A DNA stretch of 17,094 nucleotides, taken from Candidatus Heimdallarchaeota archaeon (lineage in GTDB: Archaea; Asgardarchaeota; Heimdallarchaeia; JABLTI01). Every line of letters begins with the position of its first letter. Position 1 is the stretch's first letter. This document shows, piece by piece, positions 1-8,325 of this stretch. The position numbers and the translations under genes are program-made. Below the pieces are notes generated by a model that worked only from the letters and a program-made list of their open reading frames with translations, was not told the DNA's origin and made no database searches. Location: assembly GCA_019056785.1 (NCBI GenBank), contig DXJV01000097.1, positions 1-17,094 of the forward strand, read 5' to 3'.

Positions 1-180
1 ACAGATGATATGTTACAAGGAGCAAAAGAAGGTGCGGTAGAAAATCTCGGTGCAACAATTACAGCAGAAAAAGAAATAACTTACGGCAAATATAAAGGAC
101 TTGAGTTTAAAGCAAACAGCACTCAATTTTATGTTAATTATAAAATCTTTTTAGTTATTTTTTTCTTCCCCTTTTTATAA
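1..180 (+). pseudogene. 5'-partial ORF fragment, probably truncated after about nt 156; resembles bacterial PsbP/DcrB-like exported proteins
   Basis: Frame 1 is open from nt 1 to TAA at 178-180: TDDMLQGAKEGAVENLGATITAEKEITYGKYKGLEFKANSTQFYVNYKIFLV, then IFFFPFL read from a pyrimidine tract. The family resemblance is from memory of the pattern GAxxGAV-N...EK-I...GxxGxEF...IFLV and was not searched. Confidence 0.4.
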
Positions 181-271
181 CGCGCGAGGGCTAAAACTAA
201 GGGCCCAGAGCAAAGTGGAAAATCTACGCACCCAAAAAGATAGAGAGAGTGGTAGAGGAGTTAGTAGTAGA

Positions 272-291
272 GCTAAAAAGAGGTTTTTAGC
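272..291. promoter_or_regulatory. Perfect 8-bp inverted repeat upstream of the ppdK promoter (possible operator or hairpin)
   Basis: GCTAAAAA-gagg-TTTTTAGC, read directly from the sequence. Confidence 0.35.
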
Positions 292-353
292 GATTGAATA
301 AATTACTAGTGGACTAAATATGGAGAGACAAACTGCCACAAATGAGGTTCAAG

Positions 354-375
354 GAAAAAAAGAGACCTTTAAACA
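354..375 (+). promoter_or_regulatory. Putative archaeal BRE/TATA promoter of ppdK
   Basis: Purine run GAAAAAAAGAGACC followed by TTTAAA (368-373), about 90 nt upstream of the start codon. Confidence 0.4.
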
Positions 376-452
376 TCTTAATCGCAAGTCTTTTATGTGG
401 GTCGTAATGCTGAAAAAATGAAACAAAAAAAGAAAAAATTGAACGAAAAATT

Positions 453-458
453 GGTGAT
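453..458 (+). promoter_or_regulatory. Shine-Dalgarno site (GGTGAT) for ppdK
   Basis: GGTGAT ends 6 nt before the TTG start at 465; this is an archaeal-type SD. Confidence 0.65.
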
Positions 459-464
459 AAAAAA

Positions 465-3170
465 TTGGCAAAGAAATATGTCTACTCCTTCGAAGAAGGA
501 TCAGCAAAAATGAAGGACCTCCTGGGAGGAAAGGGAGCAAATCTGGCAGAAATGACAGGATTAGGCATCCCGGTGCCACCAGGGTTCACGATAACAACAG
601 AAGCATGTATAGAATACCTGAAAAACAATAACACATTTCCAAAGGGAATGATGGAAGAAGTGGAAAAAGCCCTAGCAGCCTTAGAAAAGAAGATGGGCAA
701 GAAATTAGGAGATAAAAAAGACCCGCTACTCGTAAGTGTAAGAAGTGGAGCAAAAATTTCCATGCCAGGCATGATGGACACAGTCTTAAATCTCGGCCTG
801 AATGATGAGGCGGTGCAAGGGCTGGCGAAAGTCTCTGGCGACGAGCGGTTCGCCTATGATTCATATCGCCGTTTTATCATGATGTTTAGCGACATTGTGA
901 AGGGGCTCGACCGCAAGAAATTCGACGAAGTGTTCGATGCCATGAAGAAAAAGCGCGGCGTGAAGAATGATACCGACTTAACCGCAGACGACTTGAAAGA
1001 AGTGGTCAAGCAGTTTAAAGAACTGTATAAGAAATTATCAGGCTCTGAGTTCCCACAAGACCCCAAAGAACAATTGATAGATGCCATTCATGCAGTTTTC
1101 AGCTCATGGAATAATGAGCGAGCCATTAATTACCGAAACCATGAGGGCATTCCACATGATATTGGGACAGCAGTTAACGTGCAAAGCATGGTCTATGGAA
1201 ATCTCGGAGAGAACAGCGCCACAGGAGTGGCCTTCACACGAAACCCATCAACAGGAGAGAAGAAGCGCTTCGGAGAATACTTGCCACAGGCACAAGGAGA
1301 AGATGTCGTAGCAGGAGTAAGAACGCCACACCCAATAGAACAATTGAAAGAAGAAATGCCGGAAATGTACAAAGTGTTCGATGAAATATGCGAGAAACTC
1401 GAGCGACACTACAAAGACGTGCAGGACATAGAGTTCACAATACAGCAAGGAAAGTTCTACATGCTGCAAACACGCACAGGAAAACGCACAGGAGTAGCAG
1501 CAGCAAAAATAGCTTACGACCTAGTGCAAGAGGGATTGATCGATAAGAAAACAGCAGTAAGGAGAATAACACCAAGAGATGTGGAGAACACACTCTTCCC
1601 ACAAATAGACTGGCACAATCCAAAACAAAAAACCTACCTGGACGAAAACGGAAAAGAAGTGAAAGCAGAAGAGTTCGCAAAAGGACTGCCAGCAAGCCCA
1701 GGAGCAGCAGCAGGAAAAGTATACTTCACAGCAGATAAAGCAAAAGAAGAAGCAGACAAAGGAGAAAAAGTAATACTAGCAGCAGAAGAAACAACACCAG
1801 AAGACTTCCACGGAATGGCAGCAGCAGAAGGAATAATAACAGAAAGAGGAGGAATGACATCACACGCAGCAGTAGTGTCAAGACAAATAGGAACAACATG
1901 CATAGCAGGAGCAGGAGATGTCTCAGGAATGAGCATACACGAAGGAAAAATACACGGACAAAACGGCATAAAAATAGCAGAAGGAGAATGGGTATCACTA
2001 GACGGATTCGAAGCAAGAGCATACAAAGGAAAACTGCCGCTGAAAAAAGCAGAACTGTCAAAAGAAATGGAAACAATACTAAAATGGGCAGACGAAATAG
2101 CAACAAAAGAAGGAAAAGGATTCCACGTGAGAACAAACGCAGACAAACCAGACCAAACAAAACAAGCAATAGCATACGGAGCAAAAGGAGTGGGACTGAC
2201 AAGAACAGAACACATGTTCATGGAGAAAAATAGACTGCCAATAGTGCAGAAAATGATACTGGCAAGAAACGAACAAGAAAAAAGAAGAAAATACGTGTTC
2301 GAACTACTGCCATTCCAAAGAGAAGACTTCGAAGGAATATTCAGAGCAGCAAAAGGATACCCAGTAATAATACGCCTCATCGACCCACCACTGCACGAAT
2401 TCCTGCCAGACGAAATAGAACTGCTGGAAAAAATATGGAAAAATAACCTGCCAAACGACTCAGAAGAAGCAGTGCTATTACAGAGCGTACGGGCAACGGC
2501 GGAGAGCAACCCAATGCTTGGCTTCCGTGGTGTACGGTTGTGCCTCGCCATTCCTGAGCTGATCGAAATGCAAGCCAGAGCTATTCTCGAGGCAGCCTGC
2601 AATGTCCAGAAGGAAGGACAAGAAGTCTACCCGGAGATAATGGTCCCAGTCGTGGGCTTTGCAAAAGAATTCGAACTGGCAAAGGAAATCATACTCAAAA
2701 CAAAAGAAGAAGTGGAAAAAGAAAAGAAAACCAAACTGAAAAAGTTCAAAGTAGGAACAATGATAGAAGTACCACGAGCAGCACTGACAGCAGAAGAAAT
2801 AGCAAAAGCAGGAGCGGAATTCTATTCAGTGGGCAGTAATGACATGACCCAAATGCTTCTAGGCTTCAGCCGTGATGACGCCGGTAAGTTCATTCCTCTC
2901 TATCTCAAGCTCGGTATTCTCGAAGAGGATCCCTTTGTTTCTCTTGAGCAAGCCGGTGTTGGCAAGATTCTCCGCATTATGGTTGAAGGTGCTCATAAAG
3001 GTAATCCTGACATCGAGATTGGTATTTGCGGCGAACAAGGTGGTGAGCCTAAGTCCATTGACTTCTGTTATCGTGCTGGCTTTGATTATGTCAGCTGCTC
3101 TCCTTTGCGTGTTCCTGTTGCTCGTCTGGCTGCTGCTCATGCAGTCATCAACAACGGTCCTCGCAAATAA
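465..3170 (+). CDS. ppdK: Pyruvate, phosphate dikinase (901 aa, TTG start)
   Basis: Hallmark PPDK motifs in the correct order: LLGGKGANLAEM, VSVRSGAxxSMPGMMDTVLNLGLN, GEDVVAGVRTP, QDIEFTI..YMLQTRTGKRT, phospho-His GGMTSHAAVV (H467, nt 1863-1865), RTEHMF, DPPLHEFLP, NPMLGFRG, GTMIEVPRA, GFSRDD, GICGE. Confidence 0.98.
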   Translation: MAKKYVYSFEEGSAKMKDLLGGKGANLAEMTGLGIPVPPGFTITTEACIEYLKNNNTFPKGMMEEVEKALAALEKKMGKKLGDKKDPLLVSVRSGAKISMPGMMDTVLNLGLNDEAVQGLAKVSGDERFAYDSYRRFIMMFSDIVKGLDRKKFDEVFDAMKKKRGVKNDTDLTADDLKEVVKQFKELYKKLSGSEFPQDPKEQLIDAIHAVFSSWNNERAINYRNHEGIPHDIGTAVNVQSMVYGNLGENSATGVAFTRNPSTGEKKRFGEYLPQAQGEDVVAGVRTPHPIEQLKEEMPEMYKVFDEICEKLERHYKDVQDIEFTIQQGKFYMLQTRTGKRTGVAAAKIAYDLVQEGLIDKKTAVRRITPRDVENTLFPQIDWHNPKQKTYLDENGKEVKAEEFAKGLPASPGAAAGKVYFTADKAKEEADKGEKVILAAEETTPEDFHGMAAAEGIITERGGMTSHAAVVSRQIGTTCIAGAGDVSGMSIHEGKIHGQNGIKIAEGEWVSLDGFEARAYKGKLPLKKAELSKEMETILKWADEIATKEGKGFHVRTNADKPDQTKQAIAYGAKGVGLTRTEHMFMEKNRLPIVQKMILARNEQEKRRKYVFELLPFQREDFEGIFRAAKGYPVIIRLIDPPLHEFLPDEIELLEKIWKNNLPNDSEEAVLLQSVRATAESNPMLGFRGVRLCLAIPELIEMQARAILEAACNVQKEGQEVYPEIMVPVVGFAKEFELAKEIILKTKEEVEKEKKTKLKKFKVGTMIEVPRAALTAEEIAKAGAEFYSVGSNDMTQMLLGFSRDDAGKFIPLYLKLGILEEDPFVSLEQAGVGKILRIMVEGAHKGNPDIEIGICGEQGGEPKSIDFCYRAGFDYVSCSPLRVPVARLAAAHAVINNGPRK

Positions 3171-3200
3171 CCTCCCCCCCTCTCTTCTTTTTTTTCTTTT
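3171..3200 (+). terminator. Oligo-pyrimidine/oligo-T terminator of ppdK (archaeal type)
   Basis: A pure C/T tract with long T runs follows the TAA stop directly. Confidence 0.6.
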
Positions 3201-3360
3201 CACCCATAATTCTACTATGTTTGCGCTTATTTTCACCCCTCTTTTTGTCGCCTTAACTCTAATTTCCACCCTTACTATATAAATAGATTCGAAAGAGACC
3301 TCCCTATTATTTCCAACAATTGATATTATTACCATAACTGAACCCATAATTTGCCTTATT

Positions 3361-5787
3361 TTACCTCTCTTTAATTTCCCTTTTATCAATCCTTGAGCCT
3401 TTATCTGCAATGACTATATTGCTTCGTATTTTGCTCTTTTTGTCATTTAATTGATGTTCTTTGGAGAGCCAAGAAAGTACTTGCTCTTTCTGATGTTGTG
3501 TCGCTACCCGGATAAAAAGCTCTCCAAATTCAAAGTCAAAATAGTCACAAAGAAGTTGAAGATTTAATAATCGTTGAATAATGCTTTTTTTAGCATAAAA
3601 AAATTTGGAAGTATAATGAGAACAATCTGAACAAGAAACCAATATTCGAATAGGTTTGTTTGAAGAATTAATTCGAAATACTACCAAGTCTAATTCCCGA
3701 GTGTGTTGACCAATTAAAACAGCAACATGTCGAATAACTATATCTCCTTGAGCTAAAAATTGTCGGTACACATATTTTTCAAAAGCCGTGCCTTGGTTTT
3801 CATCGCTAATAAGCATCTTTACACCAATGGCACGGAATCGTTTGCCCCAAAAATTTTTGTGAGAAAGTAATAGCTTGAGATCTTTCGCTATTTCAGTTAA
3901 TAATTTGAGATTGAAAGTTTGACGACGACGTTGAAATTGACGTTTATAATTGGTAGGCAGGATCTCTCCAGTAGTTATCTTCTTGATACGTTCAGTAATA
4001 TGAAAACGCTCTTCCTCTACAATAATGGCTGTTCCTTTACAAAGTTCTTGGTGTAGTCTATCTAATGCTGAAGGGTTATGAAGAGGAATCTTTCCATAGC
4101 GATATAAACTTGCCCCCGGCGCAAGAGCAGTAACTTGTAAATAACGGAAAAGAGATAATAGATTGAGCATAGTAATTTCCATGTAATTAGCATAACTCTT
4201 AATTTCATCTTTTGTTGCTTCTTTAGTTCTTTTCCAATGTTCTATAATCGCTAAACCGTCATGAAAGGATCTTTTCTCATTGAATTGCTGTTTGAGCTCA
4301 TTAGCCAATAGCAATTGATGATAATAATTTAATTTCTCAAAAAAACCGCCGGAAGTTAAGAAATCATAAAGATCAGTCAAGTCAAGTAAAATAACTGAAA
4401 AACGTGAAGCATAGCTGATCCATTTTTGTTTATTTAATTTCCAATCTACAAAAATAACTGGTACTCCATAATTTGGAATCATCTTTCGAAATTTCACACC
4501 TTTAGCAATGGCAGCTTGTAATATTCTTGTTTTCTCAATGCCAAAGCAGCTTTTTAGTTCAATTGAATATCTCTCAAGAGAATTTTCAGGAGATAAATTA
4601 GTGACATACCAATCTACAGATTTAAACGTCGTACCATCAAGGTTTGATAAGAAAGCTTCTTGTAAGAAAAGGCGGCAAGTGTTCTGAGGGGCTGAAATAA
4701 GTAATGTTTGAAATAATTTTTTAACAAGAAAATCAAAACTCTTGTTATAATGGTGTTTGTTAAAGCGATCCACTCGAACAACAGGAATTGAGTATCCTTG
4801 TTGTGCCATTTTTCTGTAAAGCGACAATGTCTTTTGATAGACCTGCTTGTCTTTGGTAGCTCCTTGATTATAAGACATATTTTCATAAAAAGCTAAACCA
4901 GTAAAGGTACGATAGTCGCCGCTTTTCTTAACATTCGCAATAAAATTCTTGAAAATTTCTGGTTTGTCTTCATTTGCCCAAAGAATCTTTACACAAGACT
5001 CTTTAGTCATTGAGACAGATGAGTTACAAGTAAGAGAATTTTTAATTCGAGCAATAGTTGAAATTGTTACTTGATCATCTCGAACAAGAACAATCCTTCT
5101 CTCTTTCCCTACCACTAAATTAGCGACAGCATTTGGGATTTGAATGCCGGTCTTTGCTTTTCTACAATCAAATTCTACAGCAAGAAAGGGATCGTCAAAA
5201 ATTGCTATTCGTTTTCCATAGTAGTCTTTAAAACATATTATCGGTTGAAGTTCATCTCTGTGTTTTAAATATTGAAGAAAGCTTGTCAAAACAGCCTTTT
5301 TGTACCTTTGAGAAATACCTTTTTTTCCAGGTTGTATTATCGGTTGTAATTTTTGAAGGCTATACCCCTCCTGTGCAAATGACAATATTGTTCTGCAAAG
5401 ATCTGTTAATGGCAATTCCCCATGTGGTATAATTAATTCAATTTCCTTTGAGAACAATTGAGAAATTTTTAAGCTTGAAATTATTATTTTATCTCTCTTT
5501 CGATAATTCTCTCTAACTTTTCTTATGCATAAAGTGATGTGTTCTTCTTCACCAAAGACACCCTCTTCCGATTTAATTCTTATTTTACCTGAAAATGTTT
5601 GCTCCTCATTATACGCTATTTTGATATAATTTGTTAGAAAATTGGATTCAATAACTTTGGAAGAGCCAACTTTCGATTGGATAACAACCATTCCATTACC
5701 CCATAATTCGGTAATTCTATTATTATTTGTAAATATTCGAAGGCATTGCTTTTTCTCGTCTAAATTATGATTGTTGGTTTTTATCAT
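3361..5787 (-). CDS. 808-aa protein with two PD-(D/E)xK restriction-endonuclease-like modules
   Basis: Long AT-rich ORF. Internal motif SVDWYV...YSIELKS (D...ExK, nt about 4545-4620). C-terminal Mrr/HJR-like pattern GTAFEKYVYRQFLAQG...RELDLVV...ILVSCSD (nt about 3625-3795), in which ExK is replaced. The N-terminal half is unrecognised. Confidence 0.6.
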   Translation of the reverse strand: MIKTNNHNLDEKKQCLRIFTNNNRITELWGNGMVVIQSKVGSSKVIESNFLTNYIKIAYNEEQTFSGKIRIKSEEGVFGEEEHITLCIRKVRENYRKRDKIIISSLKISQLFSKEIELIIPHGELPLTDLCRTILSFAQEGYSLQKLQPIIQPGKKGISQRYKKAVLTSFLQYLKHRDELQPIICFKDYYGKRIAIFDDPFLAVEFDCRKAKTGIQIPNAVANLVVGKERRIVLVRDDQVTISTIARIKNSLTCNSSVSMTKESCVKILWANEDKPEIFKNFIANVKKSGDYRTFTGLAFYENMSYNQGATKDKQVYQKTLSLYRKMAQQGYSIPVVRVDRFNKHHYNKSFDFLVKKLFQTLLISAPQNTCRLFLQEAFLSNLDGTTFKSVDWYVTNLSPENSLERYSIELKSCFGIEKTRILQAAIAKGVKFRKMIPNYGVPVIFVDWKLNKQKWISYASRFSVILLDLTDLYDFLTSGGFFEKLNYYHQLLLANELKQQFNEKRSFHDGLAIIEHWKRTKEATKDEIKSYANYMEITMLNLLSLFRYLQVTALAPGASLYRYGKIPLHNPSALDRLHQELCKGTAIIVEEERFHITERIKKITTGEILPTNYKRQFQRRRQTFNLKLLTEIAKDLKLLLSHKNFWGKRFRAIGVKMLISDENQGTAFEKYVYRQFLAQGDIVIRHVAVLIGQHTRELDLVVFRINSSNKPIRILVSCSDCSHYTSKFFYAKKSIIQRLLNLQLLCDYFDFEFGELFIRVATQHQKEQVLSWLSKEHQLNDKKSKIRSNIVIADKGSRIDKREIKER

Positions 5788-5816
5788 AAAACATCAAAAA
5801 GATATATAAAAAGCAC

Positions 5817-5824
5817 TTTATAAA
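5817..5824 (-). promoter_or_regulatory. Putative TATA box of the 808-aa gene
   Basis: TTTATAAA about 30 nt upstream of the ATG at 5787, consistent with a leaderless or short-leader archaeal transcript. Confidence 0.4.
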
Positions 5825-5933
5825 CCCAACTAATATTATTTATTGCGGTGTTTTCAGTCTCATTTAAACAAGTCTAACTTTTCTTTAAGGAATAAATAAA
5901 AATACTTTAAACCTTTCTTTTAAATATAGGCTG

Positions 5934-6170
5934 ATGATTATGAAAGGTTTTCAAAGAAGAACAGTACTTGAATTGGTCGCTCAAATATTTCAATTGCTTA
6001 AAGAAGATAGTCCACAAACATTAGGAAGTTTATGTAAAGAATTGAATATTGTTTGGAAGCAAGCAGATAGCTATATCAATTTAATAACTTACATTCAAAA
6101 GCAACCAAAAATAAAAGATCAGAAATTAGGAGCGAGGACGAGAATCCTTTCCCTTGAGAAAAACGATTAA
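5934..6170 (+). CDS. Small winged helix-turn-helix protein, paralog A (start may be the ATG at 5940)
   Basis: IFQLLKEDSPQTLGSLCKELNIVWKQADSYINLI has a wHTH-like pattern. It shares 30 of 70 identities, without gaps, with 8074-8295 (counted by hand). Confidence 0.75.
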   Translation: MIMKGFQRRTVLELVAQIFQLLKEDSPQTLGSLCKELNIVWKQADSYINLITYIQKQPKIKDQKLGARTRILSLEKND

Positions 6171-6204
6171 GCATGACAAAATTCTCTCGGATTATTGATT
6201 AGCC

Positions 6205-7878
6205 TTAAGTCTTATCAATTTTATAGATAAAGAATGTCTCAAGAAAATCGTGCAAAACGTAATTACAAATACGGCTCGATTTTTCCCATTTGTTTTTTAG
6301 ATGGAAAAAACTCACAACTCTATCTATAAACTCAGGGGTTCTAAAGCTTATACTAACATAATTTCCATATAAAGGCTTAAGATTTGGGACAATTTCTAAC
6401 AGTTCTTTAGAGAGGGTTAAAGGAAGTTTTATTGTGTGATTTTTTATCCTAAAAAAGGAAAGTGAATGCTGTTCAAGAAAGTCCATCAATCCTTGTTTCT
6501 TAGAGTAAAAAATTTGAGTTATCCGTGCTATAACTTTAAGCGTTGGGGATATTCTTCCTGCTTCATATGTTGCAATAGTTTCATATGAGACATTTAATAA
6601 CTGTGCGAGGGTTTTTCTGGATAATCCTTCTTGTTCTCTTAATCTTTTTATTAATACCTCTGCATTACAAACAATGATTTTTTCTGAGAGAAAAGAGAAG
6701 TCAAGATACTTTCCATTGATAATTCTCTTCTTATTTAGTCCTTGAAACCGTAATTTTATTAAGCGACGCTTTTTTCCTCTGGGCTTCAATTCCTTATTAG
6801 TTAATTCAAGTAATTGCATTTTTTTCTGTGGGTGTAAACTAAGAATGATTGCTTGTAGTTTTGTGCGTGAACCAGCATAGATATATATTGTGAAAGTTTT
6901 TCCTGCTTTCCTTAATGAGTAAGCAACATTAAAATTCTGTAAATACTGTTCAAGGTCAACGACTAGTTTTTCTGATATTGAGGAGAAAGTAACTGTTTTA
7001 TGAAAACTGCCATCTGCATCAAACAATCCCCCCCAATAAGCAATCCTTAAAGGTTTGTAAACCCCCTTCCGGAGAAAAATCGGCTCTTGTAAAGATTCAT
7101 ATTTCCTTCCAATATGATGGTTTGTTAGAAAATTAATTAACCGAATTACCCATTTACTATTTAGAATCATATAATAATAGTTATTACTAACACCTTTTCT
7201 TAATTCTCCATTAATATTAAAAAGTTCAAAACAAAAAGCCAAAAGCTGCTTTATTTGATCTTTAGAATAGTCAACGATATGTAATTGATGTTTTGTGAGA
7301 TGGCCATCACCATCGATGATCCCTAAGAGATAAACGAGTTTTTCAGAAAGGACGAGAGGAATAGTTGAACGTTCACTTTTAGCTGACTGGATGATAATTT
7401 TTTGTTCATCGGTTGTTTGCTTTTTCAGCGTACACCAAGCGGTTGGATTCAGTCGGGCAAAAGGAAGCGGAAGGCTCTCCCGGTCGAGGTAGCGTTCCAG
7501 GCGTTTTTTCCAGCTGCTAATAGCAGGGTCGTTTAGTGCTGACCGGTAAAAGTAGTTACGAGCAGCTTCAGCTGTTGCCCAGAGCGTTCCCTCGAGCGAT
7601 TCTTTCACGCTGGGGTAATGCTCCAACGGTAAGAATGGCATTCGTGTCAAAATTCTTGCCTGCCCCCCAGAGGATTTGTTTGTATTTTTAATGAAGTCTA
7701 TTTTACGAATCAATATCCCATAGAAATTTTGCAGCGGGTGCTGGCTGTAGAAGGCATGAATTTTAGGTTCTGTCTCCTGAAGAAGATCATTTAAAGTACG
7801 CCACTCTGCTGCTTCTTGTGGCTCAAAGTCAAGTAGCAAGGGGTCAGTCTGCCAATTCAGGAGGGGTTGGAGTGTCAT
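6205..7878 (-). CDS. Free-standing double-motif LAGLIDADG endonuclease-like protein with an XRE/Cro HTH, copy 1 (557 aa)
   Basis: LAGLIDADG helices YLLGIIDGDG (nt about 7303-7332) and YWGGLFDADG (about 7009-7038). XRE HTH LIKRLREQEGLSRKTLAQLLNVSYETIATYEAGRISP. No intein splicing motifs were seen. Confidence 0.85.
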   Translation of the reverse strand: MTLQPLLNWQTDPLLLDFEPQEAAEWRTLNDLLQETEPKIHAFYSQHPLQNFYGILIRKIDFIKNTNKSSGGQARILTRMPFLPLEHYPSVKESLEGTLWATAEAARNYFYRSALNDPAISSWKKRLERYLDRESLPLPFARLNPTAWCTLKKQTTDEQKIIIQSAKSERSTIPLVLSEKLVYLLGIIDGDGHLTKHQLHIVDYSKDQIKQLLAFCFELFNINGELRKGVSNNYYYMILNSKWVIRLINFLTNHHIGRKYESLQEPIFLRKGVYKPLRIAYWGGLFDADGSFHKTVTFSSISEKLVVDLEQYLQNFNVAYSLRKAGKTFTIYIYAGSRTKLQAIILSLHPQKKMQLLELTNKELKPRGKKRRLIKLRFQGLNKKRIINGKYLDFSFLSEKIIVCNAEVLIKRLREQEGLSRKTLAQLLNVSYETIATYEAGRISPTLKVIARITQIFYSKKQGLMDFLEQHSLSFFRIKNHTIKLPLTLSKELLEIVPNLKPLYGNYVSISFRTPEFIDRVVSFFHLKNKWEKSSRICNYVLHDFLETFFIYKIDKT

Positions 7879-7902
7879 CTCAAAGGATAGTCCGTTATTA
7901 AG

Positions 7903-7926
7903 CTAAATAAACTCCCAGCTTAAAAA
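7903..7926 (-). promoter_or_regulatory. Conserved 24-bp promoter/operator element, copy 1
   Basis: Minus strand TTTTTAAGCTGGGAGTTTATTTAG, ending 24 nt before the ATG at 7878; 22/24 identical to 9990-10013. Confidence 0.7.
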
Positions 7927-8073
7927 CTGGAAAATAAGATTTGTTCTTAAAAGACAGTCGATATTGTAAGTTTTTCTGGTTATTTTGCTCTTGATTATTT
8001 TGTAGCATCTAATAACCTTCCTTTACGAGTTTATATAGGGTAAACCAAGACTAATAGTTGGTGAAAGAGCAGT

Positions 8074-8295
8074 ATGAGACAACGAAGAGCCCCTCAAACA
8101 TGTATTGAAGAAATTTTCACATTGCTGAAAGAGAAAGGCCTCCAATCTATGCACGGGATTTGTTCAAAACTAGGCTTTAGTTGGGATCAATTAGATTCTT
8201 ATCTTCAATTGATTCATTACATTCAAGCGGAAGCCACGCTTATTGATAATAAGCTGGGAGAGAAAACGCGCATAATCTATTTGAAAGAAAAATAG
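8074..8295 (+). CDS. Small winged helix-turn-helix protein, paralog B
   Basis: Paralog of 5934-6170. Upstream are TTTATATA (about 8030-8037) and a GGTGA SD (8060-8064). Confidence 0.78.
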   Translation: MRQRRAPQTCIEEIFTLLKEKGLQSMHGICSKLGFSWDQLDSYLQLIHYIQAEATLIDNKLGEKTRIIYLKEK

Positions 8296-8325
8296 TGCCA
8301 CTAGTCAAGGAACCGGTTTATCCCT

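Noticed and set aside
1150-2480. Diversity-generating retroelement or a repeat array as the cause of the A-rich tract
   Set aside because: No reverse transcriptase and no template/variable repeat pair. The bias is confined to synonymous positions of a conserved enzyme, and the GCA/GGA runs are just Ala/Gly codons.
349-3410. Many alternative-frame and antisense ORFs over ppdK (e.g. 1634-2602 minus, 1726-2202 minus, 1898-2233 plus, 2859-3410 minus, 2872-3282 plus)
   Set aside because: They are shadows of the extreme codon skew, which removes stop codons in other frames. The products are low-complexity (poly-Leu or Arg/Lys-rich) with no motifs.
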